A stretch of DNA of 64,000 bases from Promethearchaeota archaeon (GCA_019058295.1 JAHPZI010000017.1:34917-98916); one strand, 5' to 3'. Shown: positions 28,488 to 39,677, counted from the stretch's first letter. Numbers and translations: made by a program. The notes: generated by a model from the letters alone, not told the origin.

Positions 28488-28676
28488 ATGACTCAAAAAA
28501 CAAAAGAATTGATAGAGAAAGCAAAAACTATTTATGATAAAACATTGAAGACCATCCAAGGATATAAAGTTAGAGATACTGCAGTATTTGACTATGCTAC
28601 TATGCGTATGATTCAAGCAATCTATTGGCAAAATAAAGCAATTATTAATTTACTTGAAGAAATTTCATTAAAATAA
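28488..28676 (+). CDS. Small hypothetical protein
   Basis: 62-aa ORF with GTGAT RBS-like element. Confidence 0.6.
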   Translation: MTQKTKELIEKAKTIYDKTLKTIQGYKVRDTAVFDYATMRMIQAIYWQNKAIINLLEEISLK

Positions 28677-28828
28677 GAATTTCATCAAATTATTTGAGTA
28701 ATTTTTAGAAAAATAAGTAATTTGTAAAATTCCTTAAAAGGTTAATTTTTTTATACCTGTTGGAATAGGTTTCAAGTTTATAATTTATTTGAGAAATCTT
28801 TAAATATTAATTGAGAAATATAAACTTT

Positions 28829-28917
28829 GGAAAAAGGCTACCAAAAATTCTAAATTAACACCCTTACCTAATCGCCTTTCTTGAAATCGTTTTATTGGAA
28901 TTTTTTAACCTTTTTTC
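28829..28917 (+). ncRNA. Candidate small hairpin ncRNA (~90 nt)
   Basis: GGAAAAAGGCTA pairs with TAACCTTTTTTC and AAAAATTCTAA with TTGGAATTTTT; TATA-like CTTTAAATA ~25 nt upstream; oligo-T downstream. Confidence 0.4.
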
Positions 28918-29064
28918 ATCTTTTTTATTTATTTTATATGCTTTTAAAATGTATTAATGAATATTCCTAAAATTCGAATGTAAATAACTTTATATATCGA
29001 CTTATCTGAATTTTATATATTAAATTTTGTAGGTTTTTAAAAAAAATATATAAAGTTATTAAAA

Positions 29065-30792
29065 ATGACTCAAAAAATAGATGAAAGTAGTCCATATTCG
29101 TCAAAAATATGGTTAAAATCTTACGATGAACACGTTAAACCAGAAATTGAGTTAGAAATTTATTCAATAGCCGAAATGTTTCAGAGAACAGCTAATGAGT
29201 ATCCAGATAATCTTTGTTATGATTTTCAAGGTTCAAAAGCAACCTTTAAAGAAACAGAAAGATTAATTAATAGTTTTGCTAACTGCCTTGTAGAAAACGG
29301 AGTGAAAAAAGGTGATAGAGTAGCAATAAATTTGCCTAATCTTCCACAATTTATTGTTTCATTATTTGGTACCTTCTGTGCTGGGTGTGCTGCGTCGGGT
29401 ATTAATTTCCTTCTTTCTTCCTCCGAAATAACATATCAATTAAAAGATTGTGGAGCAGCTGCCATAGTAACACTTGATTCTTTTTACGAAGAAAAGGTTC
29501 GAGAAGCTCTTCAGGGGGGAAAAACTGATGTCAAGGTTGTTATCACTACTAGTGCAGCGGATGCTTTAGATGTAGAACCAGCAATGATAGAACAATTGAT
29601 AAAAATAGGCAAAATTCCAATTGGAAAAGTAGAACCTATTGAAGGAATAAAATACTTTACATATAACGAAATCATAGAAAAATATCCAAGTGATAAGCCT
29701 CCTGATGTCAAAATAGAGCCTGACGATGTTTTATTACTTCAATATACAGGCGGAACAACTGGTCCTCCTAAAGGTGCAATTTTAACTCATAGAAATTTAA
29801 TATCTATGTTACAAATAGTTAGACATTGGTTTGAACCTGGTGCAAATGCGGGAGACATTTATATTTCTGGATTTCCTTTCTTTCATTTGGCGGGTTTACA
29901 ATTCTGCCTAGAGACAGTTTTTAACGGGTGTAGTCAAATCCTTGTCCCTGACCCTCGAGATACAACATATATGGTAAATAAATTGAAAGAATATGAAGGT
30001 AAAATTACTCTATTTTATAATGTACCTACACTCTACCTTATGCTTTTAGATAACCGAAAATTTAAAAAATTAGATTTAAGTAATGTTGAAGGATATATTT
30101 CTGGAGCGGCTCCTTTTCCCACTAAAAGTATAAATGAATTTGAAGATGTGGTTGGTAAAGGAAAAGTTGTCGAAGCATATGGTATGACAGAGGCATCTCC
30201 AGGTGTGACAATGAATCCTTACCTAGGACCAAAGAAAATCGGAACGGTTGGTGTTCCACTCCCAAATACGGAAGTTAAAATAGTAGATGTTTCTGATCGG
30301 ACTAAAGAAGTTCCACTTGGAGAAGCAGGTGAAATAGCAATAAAAGGTCCTCAAATTTTTCAAGGTTATTGGAATAAACCAAAAGAAACTGAAAATGCGC
30401 TCCAAGATGGATGGTTCTATAGTGGAGATGTTGGCATCATGGATGAGGATGGATACGTAAAAATTGTTGATCGTACAAAAGATATGATAATTGTTTCGGG
30501 ATATAAAGTATTCAGCGTAGAAGTTGACGATAAAATGAATAAACATCCCGCAATTGAGCTTTGCGCATGCATAGGGTTACCCGATCCAGATCGTCCAGGT
30601 TCCGAAATTGTCAAATTATATGTACTTTTGAAAAAAGGATACGAGAATAATGAGGAGACGAAAGCAGATATTTTAAAATACGCTCAAGAAAATTTAGCTA
30701 AATACAAAGTCCCTAAAATAATTGAAATTTCTGATAATTTACCGCTTACAGTCATAGGCAAGTTAGATAAAAAAGCCTTAAGAAAACTATAA
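29065..30792 (+). CDS. Long-chain acyl-CoA synthetase (AMP-binding)
   Basis: YTGGTTGPPKG, YGMTE, GD..DEDG..IVDR.KD and GKLDK motifs. Confidence 0.95.
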   Translation: MTQKIDESSPYSSKIWLKSYDEHVKPEIELEIYSIAEMFQRTANEYPDNLCYDFQGSKATFKETERLINSFANCLVENGVKKGDRVAINLPNLPQFIVSLFGTFCAGCAASGINFLLSSSEITYQLKDCGAAAIVTLDSFYEEKVREALQGGKTDVKVVITTSAADALDVEPAMIEQLIKIGKIPIGKVEPIEGIKYFTYNEIIEKYPSDKPPDVKIEPDDVLLLQYTGGTTGPPKGAILTHRNLISMLQIVRHWFEPGANAGDIYISGFPFFHLAGLQFCLETVFNGCSQILVPDPRDTTYMVNKLKEYEGKITLFYNVPTLYLMLLDNRKFKKLDLSNVEGYISGAAPFPTKSINEFEDVVGKGKVVEAYGMTEASPGVTMNPYLGPKKIGTVGVPLPNTEVKIVDVSDRTKEVPLGEAGEIAIKGPQIFQGYWNKPKETENALQDGWFYSGDVGIMDEDGYVKIVDRTKDMIIVSGYKVFSVEVDDKMNKHPAIELCACIGLPDPDRPGSEIVKLYVLLKKGYENNEETKADILKYAQENLAKYKVPKIIEISDNLPLTVIGKLDKKALRKL

Positions 30793-30818
30793 TTTCGATA
30801 AACCTTTTTTTTTTCTTA

Positions 30819-31430
30819 TTAATTTGCTGTTTTGAAATATTTTTTATAAAGGCTATAATATAAATACATCGCTAAACCAGAATGAATTCCAACACAAGGG
30901 AAAATTCCTAAGGTTAAAAGAATACATCCGTTAAACAACCCTAATAAAAATGAATAAAAAAGATAAATTAATAAAATCCTTAGATTCTTATAGGCAAACC
31001 AGGTGTGAACGTGATACAGAGAAAAAATCAGACTTGAGATAAATATGGCAAAAATAACTTCTAAATCTAATTGGTTCAATAAAAAACCAATAATATAGTA
31101 TCTAAAAATTAATTCTTCTACTATCATGATTATCGGAAAGAAAAGCCATAATCTTATTCTATTATCCTTATTAATCATAACGTCAACAACATCGTGTTTT
31201 TTCATCCTTTCAATACTTTCGTTGTCATAACCATAAATTCCAATCAATTTTCCTATTAAAAGGAGCATAAATAGGCCAAAAATTAAAATTAAGATAACAA
31301 ATAAATTTAATTCTTGTAAAAAGAGATATTCGATATAAATTCCTAAAAACATAGGAATAATCAAAATAATTAACAAAATTCCTAAAATTACATACTTTCT
31401 ATTTTTTTCCATAGTTCTGAACTTATCCAA
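30819..31430 (-). CDS. CPBP/Abi (CAAX-type) intramembrane protease
   Basis: EELIFR, FSLYH and H motifs within TM segments. Confidence 0.88.
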   Translation of the reverse strand: MDKFRTMEKNRKYVILGILLIILIIPMFLGIYIEYLFLQELNLFVILILIFGLFMLLLIGKLIGIYGYDNESIERMKKHDVVDVMINKDNRIRLWLFFPIIMIVEELIFRYYIIGFLLNQLDLEVIFAIFISSLIFSLYHVHTWFAYKNLRILLIYLFYSFLLGLFNGCILLTLGIFPCVGIHSGLAMYLYYSLYKKYFKTAN

Positions 31431-31582
31431 TTTTTTAGTAAAATTAAAAGTATAAAAAGGTTGTATAAAAAATATAACTATCTTAAATTCTAAATATTAT
31501 TGCATTTATAAGTTCTATTTGATTAAATTTAAACTAAAAGAATATAAAATTTAGTAGAAAAACAAATATATTTGAATTGAAA

Positions 31583-33100
31583 ATGACGGAAATATATAAA
31601 AAGTTAGAAAATATCGTAACAAAAAAATTTATCTCGAATAGTCTCATCGTGCGACATGCTTACTCAAGAGTAGTTGATCCACTTTTACAAGGTATTCCAG
31701 ATATAGTAATTCGACCTAAAGACGCGAAAGAAATCTCTGAAATTTTAAAAGTTGCTAATGAAGAAAATATCCCTGTAGTCCCTCGTGGCGGAGGGGATGA
31801 TGAATTTGGTGGAAGCAAACCAATAGGAGATGGTGGAATTGTACTTGATATGAAACGGATGAATAATGTTATAAATTTAGATGAGGACAATATGGTAGTT
31901 ACTGTAGAATCTGGAATTTCATGGGGCAAATTGAATGAATATTTATGCCATTTTGATCTTTATACAGGTTGTATGGGTCCTGGATCTGGAATGACTGCAT
32001 CCATAGGGGGTGGGATATCTCATCAGTCCGTTGGTGGGGGTGGATGTGCTAAATATGGATCATGTACGAATCAATTAGTTTCTTTAGAAGTTGTTTTGCC
32101 AAATGGAGATATTATAGAGACGGGATCCCAAGCAAATAAATTTTCTCAAACTCCATTTAACAGATTTGGTAATGGGCCTGATTTGGCTGGACTTTTTTGT
32201 GGAGATAATGGAATTTTGGGAGTAAAAACGAAAATCTCCCTTCAAGTATTTCCAAGACCTCCATACGCCGCTTATAAAACCTTTATATTACCTCGTAAGG
32301 ATAGAGAGGTTTCTTCTCAGATCATGTTGGATGTGAGACGTAAAGGGATTGATATCTATGATTTGATGTATATAATGGATGTTATTGTTCGATTAGGGAC
32401 TGAATTTGGATTAATGCCTATGTGGGAACAATTGAAGAGAAAACGAGGTATTATATTTTATACAATTGAAGCAAATTCAGAAGCAGAATTAGAAGAAAAA
32501 GTTAAACAATTGGATGAAATCATTGTGAATAACAATAAATGTGAACCTTTAGGTCCGGAAATCTCTGATGGAAACATAGCTAAATGGCATTATGCAGAAC
32601 AAGGGCACTGGCAATTCTATCATAATTTATGGGGCGTGGTTCCTGCACTCGAACCGCTCTCTTGCGAATGTTTTGTTCCCGCTAATATATATCCGAAGTA
32701 TTTGTATGAAATTGACCAATGGGATATGGCGCATTCTGAGGATATGAGTAAATTTACAAAAATAACTGGTCAACGCCCTATTAGCTCAAGTGGACCAATA
32801 TTTTTAATTGATGGTAATAATGTAGAATTAACCTGCGGATTTGCAAGTTTCCCAAGTTATTATAATGGAGAGATTCATGAAGAATTTGATGAGATCAATC
32901 TTAGACTATGGAAATCTTATTTGGAAATGGTAACAAAATGGGGTGCACAATGGTACATGATGGGACAAATGGCATCTCAAATAATGGTTGAGATTGAAGC
33001 ATATTTACCAGATTATTATAAAACATTGAAAGCAATTAAGAAAACGCTTGACCCAAACTATATTTTGAGTAGAGGTAAATTTAACTTTTGGGAGGATTAA
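31583..33100 (+). CDS. FAD-binding oxidoreductase (GlcD / D-lactate dehydrogenase-like)
   Basis: PRGGG, SIGG, GILGV and LDPNYIL motifs. Confidence 0.88.
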   Translation: MTEIYKKLENIVTKKFISNSLIVRHAYSRVVDPLLQGIPDIVIRPKDAKEISEILKVANEENIPVVPRGGGDDEFGGSKPIGDGGIVLDMKRMNNVINLDEDNMVVTVESGISWGKLNEYLCHFDLYTGCMGPGSGMTASIGGGISHQSVGGGGCAKYGSCTNQLVSLEVVLPNGDIIETGSQANKFSQTPFNRFGNGPDLAGLFCGDNGILGVKTKISLQVFPRPPYAAYKTFILPRKDREVSSQIMLDVRRKGIDIYDLMYIMDVIVRLGTEFGLMPMWEQLKRKRGIIFYTIEANSEAELEEKVKQLDEIIVNNNKCEPLGPEISDGNIAKWHYAEQGHWQFYHNLWGVVPALEPLSCECFVPANIYPKYLYEIDQWDMAHSEDMSKFTKITGQRPISSSGPIFLIDGNNVELTCGFASFPSYYNGEIHEEFDEINLRLWKSYLEMVTKWGAQWYMMGQMASQIMVEIEAYLPDYYKTLKAIKKTLDPNYILSRGKFNFWED

Positions 33101-33103
33101 AAA

Positions 33104-34342
33104 ATGACCGAATTAAAAAATCTTAAAGAAGAATGGAAAGCTATAATGAGCTGCATGGGCTGCGGAGATTGTGGCTATTCAATAAGACGTGCTGTTGGGC
33201 GATACCTCACATGTCCAGTAAAGGAATCTAAGGGTGAGGAGGGATTTGAGATTTATTTTTCCCGAGGAAGAATGAACGTTCTTAAGAGTGTTTTAGAGGG
33301 TAAATTACCTTTAAGCAGAGAATTAGCTGAATTTGTATATCAATGCACGGAATGCGCTAATTGTACGGAAGTTTGTCATGAAACCCATAATGAGAATATC
33401 ATTCTTAATACTTCTAAATGGATTGATCATTATAAAGTATGGGATGCTCTGAGAAAAGATTTAGTAGAAGCGGGATTCGCCCCGCTAGATCGGCATAAAG
33501 ACTTAGTAGATTATATGAACAATGATGCCATGAAGAATCCTTATGGAGAGGATTTTGCTAAAAAGTTTGAATGGGCTTCAGACTTTTCAAACATTAAGGA
33601 AAAAGGTGATTTAGTCTTCTTTGCAGGGTGTACTATGCCGCTCCGACAACAAGACACGTTAAAAAATATGATGAAAATTCTTATTGCCTCGGGCATGGAA
33701 ATGGCCTTATCGAAGGATGAGTGGTGTTGTGGTTCTATAGGGGCTCGTATAGGTGAATACAAATCTGTTGATGAGCTTATGAAACATAATCTTGATTTAT
33801 TCAAAAATATGGGGGCTAAAACTGTATTTACTGCTTGTGCGGGATGCTATAGAACTTTAAAGAAGGATTATCCTGAATTATTAGGAGAAGAATTACCATT
33901 TGAAGTGAAACACATAACTGAAGTACTCGTTGAACTTCTAAATAATAATAAAATTCCATTTAAACCGGAAGAGGGTGAAAAATTAAAAGTAACTTATCAT
34001 GATCCTTGTCATTTAGGACGGCACATGGATCTATATGAAATACCAAGAGAAGTTATTGCAAAAATTCCTGGTGTTGAATTAATTGAAATGAAAAGGAATA
34101 GGAAACATGCGTGGTGCTGCGGGGCGGGAGGAGGTGTAAAGAGCCAATTTCCGGATTTGTCTAAAGACATATCAAAGGAACGGATTAGAGAAGCCGTAGA
34201 ATCCGGAGCAGACATATTAACCACCAGTTGTCCATTCTGTATAGGGAATTTCAGAGATGGTTATGAAGAAATAGAACCTGAAATAAAAGAAAAAATTCAA
34301 GTAATTGATGTAATTGACTTTATAGCTTCAAAATTGAAATAA
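33104..34342 (+). CDS. Fe-S oxidoreductase (GlcF/HdrD-like, CCG domains)
   Basis: CxxCxxCxxxC, WCCG, YHDPCHLGR, CCGAGGG and CPFC motifs. Confidence 0.9.
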   Translation: MTELKNLKEEWKAIMSCMGCGDCGYSIRRAVGRYLTCPVKESKGEEGFEIYFSRGRMNVLKSVLEGKLPLSRELAEFVYQCTECANCTEVCHETHNENIILNTSKWIDHYKVWDALRKDLVEAGFAPLDRHKDLVDYMNNDAMKNPYGEDFAKKFEWASDFSNIKEKGDLVFFAGCTMPLRQQDTLKNMMKILIASGMEMALSKDEWCCGSIGARIGEYKSVDELMKHNLDLFKNMGAKTVFTACAGCYRTLKKDYPELLGEELPFEVKHITEVLVELLNNNKIPFKPEEGEKLKVTYHDPCHLGRHMDLYEIPREVIAKIPGVELIEMKRNRKHAWCCGAGGGVKSQFPDLSKDISKERIREAVESGADILTTSCPFCIGNFRDGYEEIEPEIKEKIQVIDVIDFIASKLK

Positions 34343-34413
34343 ATCTCAATTAGCTTCAAGACTAATAATTTATTTTCTTGGAGCAATAGTTATTCAAATT
34401 AAAAGGGATATAT

Positions 34414-37026
34414 ATGAGAGAACTTAAAGGACCTAAATTAAATTGTGTAGCTTTCCCATTAGGTGGTATTGGAACAGGTAACATTTCCTTAGCAGGGGAT
34501 GGCAGTTTAAGACAGTGGCAAATTGTAAATAATGTCAATCATTTAGCATTTATTCCAGAATCTTTTTTCTTTTTACAAACTCGAATAGAAGGATCGAATA
34601 GTTGGCTCACAAAACTCCTTGAAAAGAACATTAAATTACCACAAGACTATAAACCAGCGGAATCTGTTAATGATTATATTATCCCTCCTGATATTTTAGC
34701 GCGTCATAAAACCTATGAATGTTTCGAAGACTTAGAATTTAAAGGTGAATACCCTTTTGCGAAGATTCTTTATCATGATCCCAAAATCCCCGTTGAAATT
34801 CAGCTTGAAGCATGGAATCCCATGATCCCACTTGATATAAAAAACTCTGCTTTACCAGTTATTATTTTTAATTTTAAAGTGAAAAACCCTAATGAAAATC
34901 ATTCAGTGCAAATTCGTATTGGCGGGAGTATACTAAATTTTATTGGTTGGGATGGCATTTCTGAATTAGATCAGAATTTTTATCCTAATTTTTATAAGAA
35001 TAAAAATAGTAAATCATCAATTAATAATGCCTGTGGAATTCATATGTATTCTGAGAACACGGTGCTTGATGATATGTTGCACGGAGAGATATTCTTTGCC
35101 TCACTGGAAAAAGATTGTATGATCTTTCCTTCTGTTGTTAATTTGATAGAATTTCTAAAAGAATCGAATTTGAAAGAAAAACAAATTAACACAACAGAGT
35201 CCTCTGCTCATGGAAAGTCGTGGCGTGGGATATTATTAAATGAATTCTCTCTCTCCCCATTGGAAGAGAGGAATATTATATTTATACTAGGATGGTCTTT
35301 CCCTAATAGGTATCAAAACTGGGATAAAAATTTATATCGCAAAGTTAAAGTCGATCAAAAGAGTAAATTTTGGCTTGGAAATAGGTACAATAGATGGTTC
35401 AGAAACGTAAAGAATATTATTAAACATACTATAGAAAATCTTGATTTACTTGAGACTCAAACAAGAGCTTTTCATTGGCTAATTTTCAATACAACACTCC
35501 CTGATGAGATAATTGACTCAATTTCGGCAACAATGTCAACCATTAGAACACCTTCATGTTTTATCACTAAAAAAGGTGATTTCATGGGATTTGAGGGGTG
35601 CTGTGGTGCCAGCACCTCACACCATACTGAAGCTTATGGTGGTTGCTGTCCAATGAACTGTACACATGTTTGGAATTATGCTGTTACACAAGCAAGATTA
35701 TATCCCACATTAGAGAGTTCTATGTTAGAGAACGAATTTAATCGTGTAACTCGGAAAGGACTTTTACCACATAGATTAGTTGTACCCACTTATTTGCCCC
35801 AACTTGAGGATACTCGAATAGGGGGTCCAGAGCGCCCTGCAATGGATGGGTTATTCGGATGTATTCTAAAAACCTATAGAATATTATTATCCACGAATGA
35901 TTTTGAATGGTTTAAAAAGGCTTATCCTAAATTAAGAAAAATGATGAATCATATATTTGAGGAGTGTGATCCCAATGAGCAAGGCGTTATTGAAGGAGAA
36001 CAACCAAATACTTATGATATTTCTTTTTATGGAAAAAATCTATTTATCGGGGGGCTATACCTTGTCGCATTAAAAGCTTTTGAAATAATGGCAGAAATGG
36101 TATATGATAATGATTTCAAAGAGAAGTGTATAAGAAGATTTAATAATGGAAAGAAGAATTATGATACATCATTATGGAATGGAGAATATTGGATTCAGAA
36201 ATATGATGAAAAGAAACATAAGCACTCTCAATATGGAACAGGCTGTCTCTCTGACCAACTTTTTGGTCAGTTCTGGGCAAATATGCTCCATTTAGGTTCT
36301 CTATTACCAGATGATAAGCTTGAAACTACATTAGATAGTATAATGAAATATAATTTTAAGGAGGATTTTTTTGGGATCATTCAGAAACCGAGAATTTTCG
36401 CCTCTGAACACGACAAAGGGTTATTGGTTTGTTCATGGCCCCTGGGAGGGGAGCCAAGAAATCCATTTCCCTACGCTCATGAAGTTTGGACAGGAATGGA
36501 ATATGAGGTTGCAGCTTTAATGATTGATCATGGTAAATTAGATAATGCGTTAAAAATTTTAAAAGCAATTCGTGATCGCTATGATGGAACCTATAGAAAT
36601 CCTTGGAATGAAGTAGAATGTGGTGATCACTACATTCGAGCAATGTCTTCATGGAGAGTATTTGAAGCCGCATTAGGATATCATTGGAATGCGATTGATA
36701 AAAGAATAAGTTTCTTACCTCAATATGAGAATAATCCTTTTCAAGCGTTTTTTATTACTGATTCATCATGGGGGATAATTAAAACAGTTCTGAGTGAAAA
36801 AACAGTAGAAATTTTAATTAAACCACAGTTTGGAAAGCTTGAACTAAAATCTCTGAGCATTTGGAAACCAGAAGGGACTGATCATATGATTGATGAGGCA
36901 AGTCTTAATGGATCGTCAGTTAAGACTGATTTGGAAATTTCGAGGGTAGATGATAAAATTGAACTAACCTTTAATGAAACCATAATCATCAGTTCTAATC
37001 AAGAATTAGAAATTAGAATAAGATAA
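34414..37026 (+). CDS. GH116 glycoside hydrolase (non-lysosomal glucosylceramidase-like)
   Basis: PLGGIGTG, NTYD, DQLFGQ, EVWTG and HYIRAMSSW motifs. Confidence 0.88.
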   Translation: MRELKGPKLNCVAFPLGGIGTGNISLAGDGSLRQWQIVNNVNHLAFIPESFFFLQTRIEGSNSWLTKLLEKNIKLPQDYKPAESVNDYIIPPDILARHKTYECFEDLEFKGEYPFAKILYHDPKIPVEIQLEAWNPMIPLDIKNSALPVIIFNFKVKNPNENHSVQIRIGGSILNFIGWDGISELDQNFYPNFYKNKNSKSSINNACGIHMYSENTVLDDMLHGEIFFASLEKDCMIFPSVVNLIEFLKESNLKEKQINTTESSAHGKSWRGILLNEFSLSPLEERNIIFILGWSFPNRYQNWDKNLYRKVKVDQKSKFWLGNRYNRWFRNVKNIIKHTIENLDLLETQTRAFHWLIFNTTLPDEIIDSISATMSTIRTPSCFITKKGDFMGFEGCCGASTSHHTEAYGGCCPMNCTHVWNYAVTQARLYPTLESSMLENEFNRVTRKGLLPHRLVVPTYLPQLEDTRIGGPERPAMDGLFGCILKTYRILLSTNDFEWFKKAYPKLRKMMNHIFEECDPNEQGVIEGEQPNTYDISFYGKNLFIGGLYLVALKAFEIMAEMVYDNDFKEKCIRRFNNGKKNYDTSLWNGEYWIQKYDEKKHKHSQYGTGCLSDQLFGQFWANMLHLGSLLPDDKLETTLDSIMKYNFKEDFFGIIQKPRIFASEHDKGLLVCSWPLGGEPRNPFPYAHEVWTGMEYEVAALMIDHGKLDNALKILKAIRDRYDGTYRNPWNEVECGDHYIRAMSSWRVFEAALGYHWNAIDKRISFLPQYENNPFQAFFITDSSWGIIKTVLSEKTVEILIKPQFGKLELKSLSIWKPEGTDHMIDEASLNGSSVKTDLEISRVDDKIELTFNETIIISSNQELEIRIR

Positions 37027-37221
37027 ATGTATATCTTATTATAAAATCTAACTTTTTCTTCTTATTCTGGTTTTAATATGATTACAATTTGTTCTGAAAT
37101 TCTAAAAGATTATAAATAAATTTCTGTAGTTTTAAAGGCTACTCAAAAATGTAAAGAATTAAAAATCATTAATAGATAATTTTTATAGTTAACAACAATA
37201 ATTTGACTTGTTTTAAGAAAT

Positions 37222-38406
37222 ATGATAGATGTCGTTGTACCTGAATTAATAATTGACAAATGGCAGAATATTGTAAATATTTTAGCGAATTTGGCATCAG
37301 TACCCGTCGCATTAATCATGCATGTTGATTTACCTTACATCGAAGTGTATCGCTCCAGTAAAACCGAAGGCAATCCCTATGAAGTTGGAGATAAAGAGCA
37401 TTTAATAGGTTCCGGCCTTTATTGTGAAACTGTTATTAAGAATAATGCTAAACTGTTAGTTCCGAATGCTTTAGACGATAAAGACTGGGATAAGAATCCT
37501 GATATTAAATTAAACATGATCTCCTATTTAGGATTTCCATTGTTATGGCCTAATGGTGAAGCTTTTGGGACAATTTGCATTCTTGATTCCAAAGAAAACA
37601 AATATAATATAGATATTGAAAACTTAATGCTCCAATTCAAAGAGGTTATAGAATCTCATTTGGAGCTAATAATATTAAATAAAAATTGCCGAAGAGCATT
37701 TGAACAATTAATTTTTTATAAAGATTTGTTTTCTCATGATATCCGTAATATAATTCAAGTTATTCATGGCACAACAGAATTATATACTCACTATAAATCT
37801 AAAATTGATGAATTAGATCTAATAGATCATGCGATTAAACCGATTCATAAAGCTACAAATGAAGCAATAAGGCTTATCTCAAATGTAGAAAAATTGTCTG
37901 AATTGGAAGAGGCTTTTTTGGTTTCTTTAAAAAAAGTAGACTTATCCAAAACTCTAGAAGAAGCAATATATTCAATACGCATGGGCTTTCAAGGCAAAGA
38001 AATCAAAACTGATATTGATTACTTTATGGAAGGATTAAAGGTTGAAGCTAATGAACTACTTATCGATGTATTTCAAAACATTTTAAATAATGCAGTAAAA
38101 TACAATAAAAACGAAAAAATTGAAATTAATATCAAAGTTACAAAAGAACAATTAGATCATAACAATTATATTAAAGTAGAATTTATTGATAATGGAATTG
38201 GAATAAAGGATGAGTTAAAAGAAAAAATATTTCGAAGGGGATTTAAGGAATTAAAGGGGGAGAAAGGGATGGGAATAGGATTATCTATTGTAAAGAAATT
38301 GATGGAACGATATAATGGCTTAATTAAGGTTGAAGATAAGATTAAAGGGGATTATAGTAAAGGGAGTAATTTTATCTTACTCTTTCCAGAAATTAGCGAT
38401 TTTTGA
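37222..38406 (+). CDS. GAF-domain sensor histidine kinase
   Basis: GAF (GTICILD), SHDIRN H-box, NAVKY, DNGIGI and GMGIGL motifs. Confidence 0.92.
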   Translation: MIDVVVPELIIDKWQNIVNILANLASVPVALIMHVDLPYIEVYRSSKTEGNPYEVGDKEHLIGSGLYCETVIKNNAKLLVPNALDDKDWDKNPDIKLNMISYLGFPLLWPNGEAFGTICILDSKENKYNIDIENLMLQFKEVIESHLELIILNKNCRRAFEQLIFYKDLFSHDIRNIIQVIHGTTELYTHYKSKIDELDLIDHAIKPIHKATNEAIRLISNVEKLSELEEAFLVSLKKVDLSKTLEEAIYSIRMGFQGKEIKTDIDYFMEGLKVEANELLIDVFQNILNNAVKYNKNEKIEINIKVTKEQLDHNNYIKVEFIDNGIGIKDELKEKIFRRGFKELKGEKGMGIGLSIVKKLMERYNGLIKVEDKIKGDYSKGSNFILLFPEISDF

Positions 38407-38511
38407 TATTATTGATTTTCTTATGCTATTTTGGTGCAAGTAATGCTCATATTTCATTGTTTTTAAAAGATAAGATTAAAATTTATAATTAGGGAAATAT
38501 TTTGAATAATC

Positions 38512-39195
38512 ATGGGAGACATGGAATATTTACAATCTACCGAGTTTCTGGATTTTCATAAAAAAAAAGTAATGGATAAAGCTCTTGAGATTACGAAAGA
38601 CATAGAGAGTAATAAAGATAAAGCCATTGCCCTTTTTTATTGGGTACGTGATGAAATAAAGTACAACGCATTCTCTTATTATCCAAAAGTAAAAGCAAAC
38701 CTAAAGGCATCAGTTACTCTTCGAAGAAGAAATGGATTTTGTATGTCAAAAGCTACATTATTATCGACATTTGCCCGAGCAGTAGGCATCCCTGCACGCA
38801 TCCATATGGTTGACATTATCAATCATAAAATCTCTCAAAGACTTCGTGATCTTATGGGTACTGCGGCTTTTTATTGTCATGCTTACAGCGAATTATATTT
38901 AGACGGTAGATGGGTGAAAGCTACACCTGTTTTTGATAAAAATACATGCATTAAAGGGGATTTTTTCCCAATGGTAGAGTTCGATGGGGAAAATGATGCC
39001 CTTTTTTCTGAGGTTGATACAAAAGGGAATAAATTTGTAGAATATATAGGAGATTGGGGTGTTTTTACAGATGTTCCTATCGAAAAAATTGATCAGATCT
39101 TCACGGAGAAATATCCTAAATGGTATTCTAATCCAGACCTTTTACTTGCGAAGTCAATGAAAATGAAAAAGGAACCATTGAGTCTTAATAAATAA
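38512..39195 (+). CDS. Transglutaminase-like protein
   Basis: GFCMSKA..RAVGIPAR and HAYSE..WVKATP motifs. Confidence 0.88.
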   Translation: MGDMEYLQSTEFLDFHKKKVMDKALEITKDIESNKDKAIALFYWVRDEIKYNAFSYYPKVKANLKASVTLRRRNGFCMSKATLLSTFARAVGIPARIHMVDIINHKISQRLRDLMGTAAFYCHAYSELYLDGRWVKATPVFDKNTCIKGDFFPMVEFDGENDALFSEVDTKGNKFVEYIGDWGVFTDVPIEKIDQIFTEKYPKWYSNPDLLLAKSMKMKKEPLSLNK

Positions 39196-39218
39196 CATTA
39201 AAAATGAATTAAAATCTA

Positions 39219-39629
39219 TTACCAAAAACTCTTTTGAAATTTATTAATGGGATCTTCAATGGATTCTGTTATTTCTTTCTGAAAGCCAGAGAAAATCTTA
39301 ATATCACCATTCCAGTTTTTTAATTTATCCTCATATAACTCAAAAAACCTTTCTATAATTTTATTTAATTCTTTATGAACCTTATTTTCTTTATATTTTT
39401 TTTCTGAATTTGCTATAAAAAGGATATTATCTCTTTTTAAGAATGAAAACCTTTTATTACTTATATCAAAACTATCTACCCCTGAATCCGAGATTTCGTG
39501 AGCAAATGTGTCTAATGCGCTCATAAATCCTCCAAAAAGTTGTGCGTTAACTTTTTCATCGTAAACACGACTAAAAATAGCTAATCCTGACTCGTTAAGA
39601 ATCCAAATATCTTGTAATACTTTGCCCAT
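39219..39629 (-). CDS. Longin-like domain protein
   Basis: IWILNESGLAIF..LFGGFMSAL..F..WNGDIKIF pattern typical of Asgard longin-like proteins. Confidence 0.7.
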   Translation of the reverse strand: MGKVLQDIWILNESGLAIFSRVYDEKVNAQLFGGFMSALDTFAHEISDSGVDSFDISNKRFSFLKRDNILFIANSEKKYKENKVHKELNKIIERFFELYEDKLKNWNGDIKIFSGFQKEITESIEDPINKFQKSFW

Positions 39630-39677
39630 AAATATCTCACTTTAGTTTAATAATTAATAATATTTTTTTAAAGATTT

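Noticed and set aside
28862-28870. CTTACCT resembles the U1 snRNA 5' end
   Set aside because: A 7-nt match in an internal loop with no other U1 features; expected by chance
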